A stretch of 20,649 nt of DNA from Candidatus Methylomirabilia bacterium (lineage in GTDB: Bacteria; Methylomirabilota; Methylomirabilia; Rokubacteriales; CSP1-6), in assembly GCA_046758385.1 (NCBI GenBank), contig JBHIAB010000031.1, positions 1-20,649 of the forward strand, read 5' to 3'. Below, piece by piece: positions 7,914 through 15,931 of the stretch. A model generated the notes under the pieces. The model was not told where the DNA came from and ran no database searches. It worked only from the letters and a program-made list of their open reading frames with translations. The position numbers were made by a program, and so were the translations under genes. Each line of letters starts with the position of its first letter. Within the stretch, counting starts at the first letter, position 1.

Positions 7914-7958
7914 CCCAATTTCCCTCTTTCCCAAGGGGGAGGGGGAAGTAAGAGGGGA
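7914..7958. terminator. GC-rich nested hairpin between the convergent lpd and ATP-grasp genes, a putative bidirectional terminator. It shares the motif CAATTTCCCTC...CCCNNGGGGGAGG with the 2844..2963 element.
   Basis: Stem CCCTCTT (7922..7928) pairs with AAGAGGG (7950..7956), enclosing CCCAAGGGGGAGGGGG. There is no U-tract, so it is not a canonical intrinsic terminator. Confidence 0.35.
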
Positions 7959-8960
7959 TTAGGAGCGGTAGCGGGCTCGAGCCAGTTCGACGATCTCCAG
8001 GATCGTCTGGGGGTGACTGCGGCCCGCGGCCCGCGCGCCTTTGATGAACTCAGCCGTGGAGTGGAGGTAGGGGTTCGGGTTGGCTTCGATCAGGTACACG
8101 GTGTTGTCCGGGGTGATCCGGAAGTCGAAGCGGGTGTAGTCGCGGAGCTGAAGCACCTGGAAACTCGTGAGCGCCGCCTCCTGCACCTCTGAGACGACCT
8201 CGGCGGGCAGGTCGTCGGGGATGCGGAAGCGGCTGCCCCGGAAGGCGCGTGTCCCCTCCTGCCACTTCACCTCCGCGCCGGCGATCCGCGGCGTGCCTTT
8301 CGGCAGATGGGAGAGGTCGAGCTCGACGGGAGGGAAGGCCTCGGGCCGATCGTTGCCGAGCACCCCAACATAGATCTCCCGCCCTTCGATGTACTGCTCG
8401 ATGAGCACGGGGTGGTTGAAGTCTGCATGGATCTCATCGATTCGTTCCATCAGCTCCTTGATGCTGCTGACCAAGGCGCTGAAGTCGATGCCAATCGAGC
8501 CGTCTTCGCGCACCGGCTTGACGATGACCGGGAAATCGATGTCGTGGGCCCAGTCCAGGCGACCTCGGAAGACTGTGGCGAACCTCGGGGTCCGCACGTG
8601 GTGGAATGCGAGCACTTTCTTGGTCACCGCCTTGTCCATGGCGAGCGCGAGCCCGCGTGGACCTGAGCCTGTGTAGCGGAGGCCGAGCAGGTCGTAGTAG
8701 GCGGCGACATGAGGCTCCTTGGTGTTGTCGCCGCCAAAGGCCTCCACCAGGTTGAAGATCAGGTCAGCCTCCACATGGACCAGCTTCTTGAGGCATTCCT
8801 GCGTTCCGTTCACGACGATGGAGAACGTCTTGTGACCGGCGCGGTCGAGCACCGCGGCGATCTGCTGGACATCGCTCTTCCGCTGCGGTGTCCGGACGTC
8901 GGGTGGCGTTTCCCAGGCGTCGTCAGGTCCGTGAGCGATCCCGATTTGAAGCGTCGCCAT
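7959..8960 (-). CDS. D-alanine--D-alanine ligase family ATP-grasp protein (Ddl-like, non-canonical N-terminus), 333 aa.
   Basis: Ddl-like blocks: EAFGGDNTKEPHVAAYYDLLGLRYTGSGPRGLALAMDKAVTKKVL, FPVIVKPVREDGSIGI, EQYIEGREIYVGVLGN, YLIEANPNPYL. It overlaps the upstream peptidase gene by 38 nt. Confidence 0.75.
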   Translation of the reverse strand: MATLQIGIAHGPDDAWETPPDVRTPQRKSDVQQIAAVLDRAGHKTFSIVVNGTQECLKKLVHVEADLIFNLVEAFGGDNTKEPHVAAYYDLLGLRYTGSGPRGLALAMDKAVTKKVLAFHHVRTPRFATVFRGRLDWAHDIDFPVIVKPVREDGSIGIDFSALVSSIKELMERIDEIHADFNHPVLIEQYIEGREIYVGVLGNDRPEAFPPVELDLSHLPKGTPRIAGAEVKWQEGTRAFRGSRFRIPDDLPAEVVSEVQEAALTSFQVLQLRDYTRFDFRITPDNTVYLIEANPNPYLHSTAEFIKGARAAGRSHPQTILEIVELARARYRS

Positions 8961-10029
8961 CGACTTCCTTGGGCTTGCGGACGGGCCCGAGTGGGCGGGA
9001 TCCGGCTAGAAGTTGCCGCCCCCTGGGGACAAAGCGTCCCCGGGTGAGGTAGTTCATGCTGAGGGTGGTTGCGTAGGTTGTCAGTTCGACCAGGGCGGTG
9101 GATTCGGTCCTTGTGTCGACGTAGAGCTGCAGGCGTTCAGCCGCCTCCTGGATGCTATCCACGAGCGCCCGGACCACACTGCGGCGGACCCCTGTCCAGT
9201 ACTCGATCTTGTTGATCATCGCGGTTCGCTGCTCGTAAATCAGCTCCCAGGCCGGCCTGATCCCGCTCTTCCGACGCCCTTTACGCACGAAGAAGTCCGG
9301 CAGGTCGTTCTCCAGGGCCACCTCCACGGGCGCCGTCTCCGGCTGATTGGCCCGGAAGAACTCCTCCACGGTCATGTCCATCTCCTCTACCGTGATATCC
9401 GTGGAGGCCAGGCGGACCGGCGGCTCACTGTCGCCCAGCACCCGGGCCACCCGGCCGACATATCGCAGCTTTCGCATGGCAGGCCACCCCCGGTATCGCG
9501 CCCGCCAGCGGGAGCGGGGGCTCAGCCAGACGGCGAAGGTTTCGGCGAAGTCCTCGTCCGGATGCTTCTGCGCATACCACCCCTCGATGTGACGCACGAA
9601 GTTCCGGTCGAAGGGGACCGGCCGATACCGCTCACGATACGGGCGGTTGAAGGGGCCGAAGATCTCCCGCCACTCGGCAGTCTCGTAAAGCTTGTAGGCG
9701 TAGTTGAAGGCGTGTCCGGCTTCGTGGCGGAGGTACATGCGGATCTTCCCCGCGTCCTCCACCTCGTCCATCTCCTTTTCGAGCCGGATCAGCTTGGCGT
9801 CGGCAAGGTAGAGGGGAATCCCGATGATCGGCTCTCCGGAGGGGCAGCCCCACTCGTCGGTGAGGTAGCACGGTGGGCGAAAGTGTTTCAGCCCCTTTCG
9901 TTCCAGCTCCCGGTAGAGCTTCTTGACGTAGCGCTCCACGGGGGAGCCCTCAAGCTTCAAGCCAAGCTGGCTGATGCGCTGGGGGAGCAACGCCCGGAGG
10001 TCGGGCAGCGTCGTCTCGAAGCCTCGCAT
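8923..10029 (-). CDS. Putative zinc metallopeptidase-like protein (HExxH), 368 aa, function unknown.
   Basis: HEAGHAFNYAY (HExxH) is followed by conserved-looking acidic and aromatic stretches (EWREIFGPFNRPYRERY, HPDEDFAETFAVWL). Cys pair FRPPCYLTDEWGCP. I recognise no signal peptide or TM segment. It is the first gene of a two-gene operon with the ATP-grasp ligase. Confidence 0.55.
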   Translation of the reverse strand: MRGFETTLPDLRALLPQRISQLGLKLEGSPVERYVKKLYRELERKGLKHFRPPCYLTDEWGCPSGEPIIGIPLYLADAKLIRLEKEMDEVEDAGKIRMYLRHEAGHAFNYAYKLYETAEWREIFGPFNRPYRERYRPVPFDRNFVRHIEGWYAQKHPDEDFAETFAVWLSPRSRWRARYRGWPAMRKLRYVGRVARVLGDSEPPVRLASTDITVEEMDMTVEEFFRANQPETAPVEVALENDLPDFFVRKGRRKSGIRPAWELIYEQRTAMINKIEYWTGVRRSVVRALVDSIQEAAERLQLYVDTRTESTALVELTTYATTLSMNYLTRGRFVPRGRQLLAGSRPLGPVRKPKEVDGDASNRDRSRT

Positions 10030-10039
10030 GGTCGTTTTT

Positions 10040-10069
10040 ATTTTACCTCTTTCCGGCGATCTTGTTGAA
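10040..10069 (-). promoter_or_regulatory. Candidate sigma70-type promoter for the peptidase/ATP-grasp operon, giving a very short leader.
   Basis: On the minus strand TTCAAC (plus 10064..10069), an 18-nt spacer, then TAAAAT (plus 10040..10045), inside an AT-rich patch. The -10 ends only about 10 nt before ATG 10029. The only SD-like AAGAGG is 16 nt from the ATG. Confidence 0.35.
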
Positions 10070-10153
10070 ATGTTTACGATCGGTAATGAGCGATCGCAGT
10101 CACTGGCCTGGCTCCCTGCGTGACGGCATCGAGTTCTACCGAGGCGCTTCGCC

Positions 10154-10183
10154 TTGACAGCTCTCGGGTGAGGCCCATATAGT
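10154..10183 (+). promoter_or_regulatory. Near-consensus sigma70-type promoter for the mrp-like operon (TTGACA, 18-nt spacer, TATAGT).
   Basis: TTGACA at 10154..10159 and TATAGT at 10178..10183. The predicted start site is about 10190, only about 10 nt before ATG 10200, with no SD. An alternative in-frame start (GTG 10266 or ATG 10269) lies downstream of GGGGGAGG at 10244..10251. Confidence 0.45.
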
Positions 10184-10199
10184 CTGGGCAGCGTTTTCC

Positions 10200-10757
10200 A
10201 TGACGCCGAACGAACCTCGTCGACGCGAGAGCAGTCCTGAGCGGGGGAGGCTCAAGCCTTTCTTCGTGATGTTCTCCGGATTGTTTGCCTTCTGGCTGGT
10301 TCTCTCCGGGCATTATGACGTACAGCACGTGGGCTTCGGAGTCCTCTGCGCCGCGCTCGTGGCGCTTCTGACCCGCGATCTGGAGCGCATCGGAACCCGC
10401 GTCGACCCCCGAGGGGAGCTCTCGCCGACTTTCACCTTCTCGCTTCCGTGGCCGCGCTTTCTCGCCTACCTCCCCTGGCTTCTCGGCCAGATCATCATCG
10501 CCAACCTGCAGATCGCCTACGTCATCCTGCACCCCCGGCTGCCGATCGCTCCGGAGGTGGTCCGATTCCCGACCGCGCTTCGGGGGGACCTCGCGCAGAC
10601 CGCGCTGGGCAACTCCATCACGCTGACGCCGGGCACCCTCACGCTCGATGTGGGCGGTGACGAATTCGTGGTGCACGCGCTGACCCACGAGGCCGCCCGG
10701 CAGGTGTTGAGCCGGACGATGGAGCGACGGGTGGCGCGGGCCTTCGGTCAGGCGTGA
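10200..10757 (+). CDS. mrpE: Mrp/Mnh-type cation/proton antiporter subunit E. The start is uncertain; it may be GTG 10266 or ATG 10269.
   Basis: MrpE signature ...ALGNSITLTPGTLTLDV... Hydrophobic N-terminal helices FSGLFAFWLVLSG. Confidence 0.75.
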   Translation: MTPNEPRRRESSPERGRLKPFFVMFSGLFAFWLVLSGHYDVQHVGFGVLCAALVALLTRDLERIGTRVDPRGELSPTFTFSLPWPRFLAYLPWLLGQIIIANLQIAYVILHPRLPIAPEVVRFPTALRGDLAQTALGNSITLTPGTLTLDVGGDEFVVHALTHEAARQVLSRTMERRVARAFGQA

Positions 10758-10788
10758 GGGTCGTCCGCATCACCGAGGAGGGCGGCCC

Positions 10789-11061
10789 ATGGACCTGACC
10801 TCGGTCTTTGTCGCTGCGGCGGCATGCTTGACCGTGTTGGCGCTCGCGTTTCTCTACCGGCTCACAACGGGGCCCACGATCTTCGACCGGATCCTCGGGC
10901 TCAGCGGGTTCGGCACCATGACAACGATGACTCTCGTCCTTGTCGGGTCCGTTTACGGGCGGCTCGACATGTTCGTCGACATCGCGCTCGGATACGCCGT
11001 GCTCAACTTCGTCGGGGTGTTGGCTGCGGCCCGGTACTTCGAACGGACGGCGGGGAGATGA
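10789..11061 (+). CDS. mrpF: Mrp/Mnh antiporter subunit F, 90 aa.
   Basis: Small 3-TM protein with ...TGPTIFDRILGLSGFGTMTTMTLVLVG... RBS GAGGAGGG sits 7 nt upstream. Confidence 0.8.
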   Translation: MDLTSVFVAAAACLTVLALAFLYRLTTGPTIFDRILGLSGFGTMTTMTLVLVGSVYGRLDMFVDIALGYAVLNFVGVLAAARYFERTAGR

Positions 11062-11065
11062 GCCT

Positions 11066-11374
11066 GTGGCGGTCTTGATCGTCCTGCTTCTGGCGGCGGG
11101 CCTCTTCTTCCACGCGGTCGCCAGCCTTGGGGTGCTCCGGCTTCCAGACTTCTACGCGCGCCTGCACGCGATGAGCAAGGCCGAGACTCTCGGCGTGCTC
11201 CTCACGCTGGGTGGCGTCGCCCTCTGGCAGGGCCTGGAGCTCGCCACCCTCAAGGTTCTGTTCGTGGCCCTCTTTTTCTTTCTGACCAATCCCACCGCCA
11301 GCCATGCCATCGCCCGGGCCGCCCTGCGCACGGGTCACCGGCCTCTGACCGGAGCGGCTCGGGAGTCGACATGA
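11066..11374 (+). CDS. mrpG: Mrp/Mnh antiporter subunit G, about 102 aa from GTG 11066.
   Basis: MrpG signature LRLPDFYARLHAMSKAETLGVLLTLGG. GGGGAG sits 9 nt upstream of GTG 11066. The track ORF (10940..) extends upstream through mrpF in another frame and is not credible. Confidence 0.75.
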   Translation: MAVLIVLLLAAGLFFHAVASLGVLRLPDFYARLHAMSKAETLGVLLTLGGVALWQGLELATLKVLFVALFFFLTNPTASHAIARAALRTGHRPLTGAAREST

Positions 11375-11901
11375 GCGCGCTCCTGATCGATCTCTTCCTG
11401 GTCCTGCTGATCATCCTGGCAGTGGCTGCGGTCAGGACGAAGGACCTCCTGGGAGCGGTGCTGATATTCTCGGCCTACGGGCTGGTCCTGGCGCTGATCT
11501 GGGCGGGGATGGGGGCCGTCGATGTCGCCTTCACCGAGGCGGTGGTCGGGGCCGGCGCCTCGGTGGTGTTTGCGATCACGACGCTGCTCCGAACCTCGCG
11601 TACTGAACAGGGCCGAGCCCATCGGGGCCGGGCCGTGGGCGGTCTCGCGGCGGTCCTGTTCCTGGGGAGTCTTCTGCTCCTCGGCACCCATGAGTTCCCC
11701 GCGTGGAGCGACCCGACCTCGCCGGCGAGCCTCCACGTTTCCCCCCGTTACCTGAGTCAGGGCTACGAAGAGACCGGGGCTCCGAACATCGTGACGGCGG
11801 TGCTCGCAGACTACCGGGGATACGACACCCTGATCGAGACGGTGGTCATCTTCACGGCGGGCCTGGCCTGCTGGCTGCTCCTCGTTCGGCGCGAACCGTG
11901 A
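11371..11901 (+). CDS. MbhD-like / MrpA C-terminal-domain-like membrane protein (DUF4040-type), 176 aa.
   Basis: DLLGAVLIFSAYGLVLALIWAGMGAVDVAFTEAVVGAG and NIVTAVLADYRGYDTLIETVVIFTAG resemble the region of MrpA that precedes its MrpB-like domain. Its ATG overlaps the mrpG stop (ATGA). Confidence 0.6.
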   Translation: MSALLIDLFLVLLIILAVAAVRTKDLLGAVLIFSAYGLVLALIWAGMGAVDVAFTEAVVGAGASVVFAITTLLRTSRTEQGRAHRGRAVGGLAAVLFLGSLLLLGTHEFPAWSDPTSPASLHVSPRYLSQGYEETGAPNIVTAVLADYRGYDTLIETVVIFTAGLACWLLLVRREP

Positions 11902-12350
11902 TTCAGGGGCACGACAGCGTCATTGTCCGGACGCTCATCCGAGTGCTGGTCCCTCCGGTCCAGCTCTTTGCTTTCTATGTGCTGATCCATGGCCACGGGA
12001 GCCCTGGGGGAGGATTCCAGGGCGGCGTCGTCCTGGCGGCCACCTACATCCTGATCGCGCTGGCCCTCGGCCGGGCCGAGCTGGACCGTCGGGTCCCGGA
12101 GGAGCGCCTGCTGGTGCTGGGCGCGATCGGGGTGTTGATCTTCGCGCTGACGGGCCTGCTCGGGGTGCTCTCGGGTGGCGCCCTGTTCGACTATCAGGTT
12201 CTCCCGTTTCCTGGCCTTCAGGGCGCCGAGCTCAGAGCCCTCGGCATCCTGCTCATCGAGATCGGCGTGTTCCTCGGGGTGGCGAGCGTGCTGACGCTGA
12301 TCTTCTGCCGGCTCGCCAAGATGGGAGAAGGCGAAGGGGAGGCAGAGTGA
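11898..12350 (+). CDS. mrpB: Mrp/Mnh antiporter subunit B (MnhB/MbhE-like), about 150 aa from GTG 11898.
   Basis: LIHGHGSPGGGFQGGVVLAATYIL is the MnhB signature. GTG overlaps the upstream stop (GTGA). The track ORF start at 11703 overlaps the previous gene out of frame. Confidence 0.8.
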   Translation: MIQGHDSVIVRTLIRVLVPPVQLFAFYVLIHGHGSPGGGFQGGVVLAATYILIALALGRAELDRRVPEERLLVLGAIGVLIFALTGLLGVLSGGALFDYQVLPFPGLQGAELRALGILLIEIGVFLGVASVLTLIFCRLAKMGEGEGEAE

Positions 12351-12726
12351 CGGATCTGCTTGCCTACGCGGCCGCCCGCTACAACTACTGGATCTACATT
12401 GCGCTGATGATGATCGGCTTCTACGCGATGGTCGCTCACGGCAACCTGTTCAAGAAGGTCATCGGGATGAATATTTTTCAGACGGCCATCATCCTGTTCT
12501 TCCTCTCCACCAGCGCCAAGCGGGGGGGCACCTTGCCCATCATCTCCCACGAGGCGCTCGAGGCCGGTGTGGCGCCGGCCCACTTCATGAATCCGCTCCC
12601 CCACGCGCTCATGCTCACGGCGATCGTGGTGATGGTCGCTACCTTGGGCGTAGCCCTGGCAGTGCTCGTGAGGATCTACCGAGCGTTTGGCTCGTTTGAA
12701 GAGGACGTGGTTGTGGACCGGTCCTG

Positions 12727-12727
<1 letters not shown>
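12347..12727 (+). CDS. mrpC: Mrp antiporter subunit C (NuoK-like), 126 aa, GTG start.
   Basis: Three-TM NuoK/MrpC-like sequence (MNIFQTAIILFFLSTSAKRGG...). GTGA overlap with the mrpB stop. Confidence 0.85.
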
Positions 12728-14223
<1,496 letters not shown>

Positions 14224-14229
14224 TCGGCG

Positions 14230-15720
14230 ATGAGTGTCGAGGTCGTCGAGGCGTGGACCCCGGGGCTGGTGTTGCTGCCGTCGCTCTTGGCGGTAGGCCT
14301 GATCTTGCTGTCATCCCGTGCCCCCGCGCTCCGCGAGTCGTGGAGCATCCTCGCCTCGGTGGTCCAGGCGGCGCTGGTGTTTTCCATGGTTCCCGGTGCC
14401 GTCGGGGGGCTGGAGCTTCAGACGACGCTGATGGAGATCTCCCCGGGAGTCTCCCTGGTGCTGCGGGTGGACGCGTTCGGGATGGTGTTCGCGGCGCTGT
14501 CCTCGGGGCTCTGGGTGCTGACGACCATCTACTCCATCGGTTACGTGCGGAGTCTGCACGAGCATGCCCAGACCCGCTACTTTGCCTCCTTCGCGCTCTG
14601 TCTCTTCGCCACGATGGGCGTGGCCTTCGCCGGAAACCTGCTGACGTTTTTTCTCTTCTACGAGATCCTGACGATTTCCACCTATCCACTGGTGATCCAC
14701 AAGGAGACGGAAGAGGCGGTGCGGGCCGGGCGCATGTACCTGGTCTACACGCTGACAGCAGGGGCGGCGCTGCTCGCGGCGGTGGCGTGGACCCAGACCC
14801 TGGCCGGGACCCTCGAGTTCCGGCCCGGAGGGATTCTCGGCGACACACTCCCGCCCGGGACCCTGTGGCCGCTCCTGGCGCTTTTCATCCTTGGCGTGGG
14901 GGTCAAGGCGGCCCTGATGCCGCTCCACTCCTGGCTCCCGGTGGCGATGATCGCCCCGACGCCGGTCAGCGCTCTGCTGCATGCCGTAGCCGTGGTGAAG
15001 GCGGGGGTGTTCGGCGTCGTTCGGGTGGTCGGCTTCGTGGTGGGCCCCGACCTGCTGCGCGAGGCCGGGGCGTGGAGCGCCCTGGCGTGGTTGGCTGCGG
15101 CCACCATTGTCGCCGCCTCCCTCTTGGCTCTCGCCCAGGACAATCTCAAGCGCCTCCTGGCCTTCTCCACCGTGAGCCAGCTCTCCTACATCGTGCTCGG
15201 GGCGTCCATGGGGACACCGAGCGGACTCACCGGAGGCATCCAGCACATCGTCAACCACGGCTTCATGAAGATCACCCTGTTCTTTTGCGCCGGCGCCATC
15301 TACGTGGCCAGTGGGCGCGAGTTCGTGAGCCAGCTCGCCGGGATCGGATGGCGGATGCCCGTAACGATGGGGGTCTTCACTGTGGCTGCCCTGGCAATTT
15401 CCGCGGTGCCGCCTGGGAGCGGCTTCCTCTCCAAGTGGTACCTGATCCAGGGAGCGCTGGAGGCCGGGCGGTGGCCCTTCGTGCTGGTGCTCTTGACCAG
15501 CTCGCTCCTGAACCTTGCGTACTTCGTGCCGATCATCATCATCGCGTTCTTCCGAGGCTCCAGGGAGACCGAGCAAGTGGCTGAGGCGCCGCTCACCCTG
15601 CTCGTCCCGCTGGTCGTGACCGGTGCTGTGAGCTTGCTCCTAGGCGTAGCGCCAAACGCGCCCGTGGCATTCTTCAGCCTGGCGACCCGGGCGGCTCAGG
15701 AGATTCTGGGAGTGCCGTGA
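14230..15720 (+). CDS. MrpA/NuoL-like antiporter subunit without the C-terminal MrpB-like domain, 496 aa.
   Basis: LPVAMIAPTPVSALLHAVAVVKAGVFGVVR is the PTPVSAL-H motif typical of NuoL/MrpA. TM5 Glu (FFLFYEIL). TM7 Lys (GVGVKAALMPLH). LKRLLAFSTVSQLSY. HIVNHGFMKITLFF. Confidence 0.8.
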   Translation: MSVEVVEAWTPGLVLLPSLLAVGLILLSSRAPALRESWSILASVVQAALVFSMVPGAVGGLELQTTLMEISPGVSLVLRVDAFGMVFAALSSGLWVLTTIYSIGYVRSLHEHAQTRYFASFALCLFATMGVAFAGNLLTFFLFYEILTISTYPLVIHKETEEAVRAGRMYLVYTLTAGAALLAAVAWTQTLAGTLEFRPGGILGDTLPPGTLWPLLALFILGVGVKAALMPLHSWLPVAMIAPTPVSALLHAVAVVKAGVFGVVRVVGFVVGPDLLREAGAWSALAWLAAATIVAASLLALAQDNLKRLLAFSTVSQLSYIVLGASMGTPSGLTGGIQHIVNHGFMKITLFFCAGAIYVASGREFVSQLAGIGWRMPVTMGVFTVAALAISAVPPGSGFLSKWYLIQGALEAGRWPFVLVLLTSSLLNLAYFVPIIIIAFFRGSRETEQVAEAPLTLLVPLVVTGAVSLLLGVAPNAPVAFFSLATRAAQEILGVP

Positions 15721-15721
15721 G

Positions 15722-15931
15722 ATGACGGTGAGACGGCTCGTGTGGATCGCGTTTGTCCTGACCGCGGCGGCGGAGGTGTTCCTCGGCGCCGGTGAGGCCT
15801 CACTTCCGTGGTGGCACCGGACGCTGGCGTTTCACGCTGCGTACGGGCTCATCGGTTGTGTCTTGATCGTGGTCGTTTCCAAGGCGCTCGGGAAGTTCTG
15901 GCTCCAGCGCCCCGAGGCTCCCGATGATTGA
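15722..15931 (+). CDS. Small predicted 2-TM membrane protein, 69 aa, embedded between the antiporter-subunit genes.
   Basis: Two hydrophobic segments (VWIAFVLTAAAEVFLGAG and AAYGLIGCVLIVVVSKALG). Its ATG sits 1 nt after the upstream stop, and its 3' end overlaps the next gene by 8 nt. G/C3 bias is consistent with coding. Confidence 0.45.
   Translation: MTVRRLVWIAFVLTAAAEVFLGAGEASLPWWHRTLAFHAAYGLIGCVLIVVVSKALGKFWLQRPEAPDD

Noticed and set aside
10093-10100. GCGATCGC (HIP1-like palindrome), also at 3771..3778
   Set aside because: There are only two copies in 20.6 kb of 68% GC DNA. That is not enriched, so it is not evidence of a cyanobacterial-type iterated palindrome.
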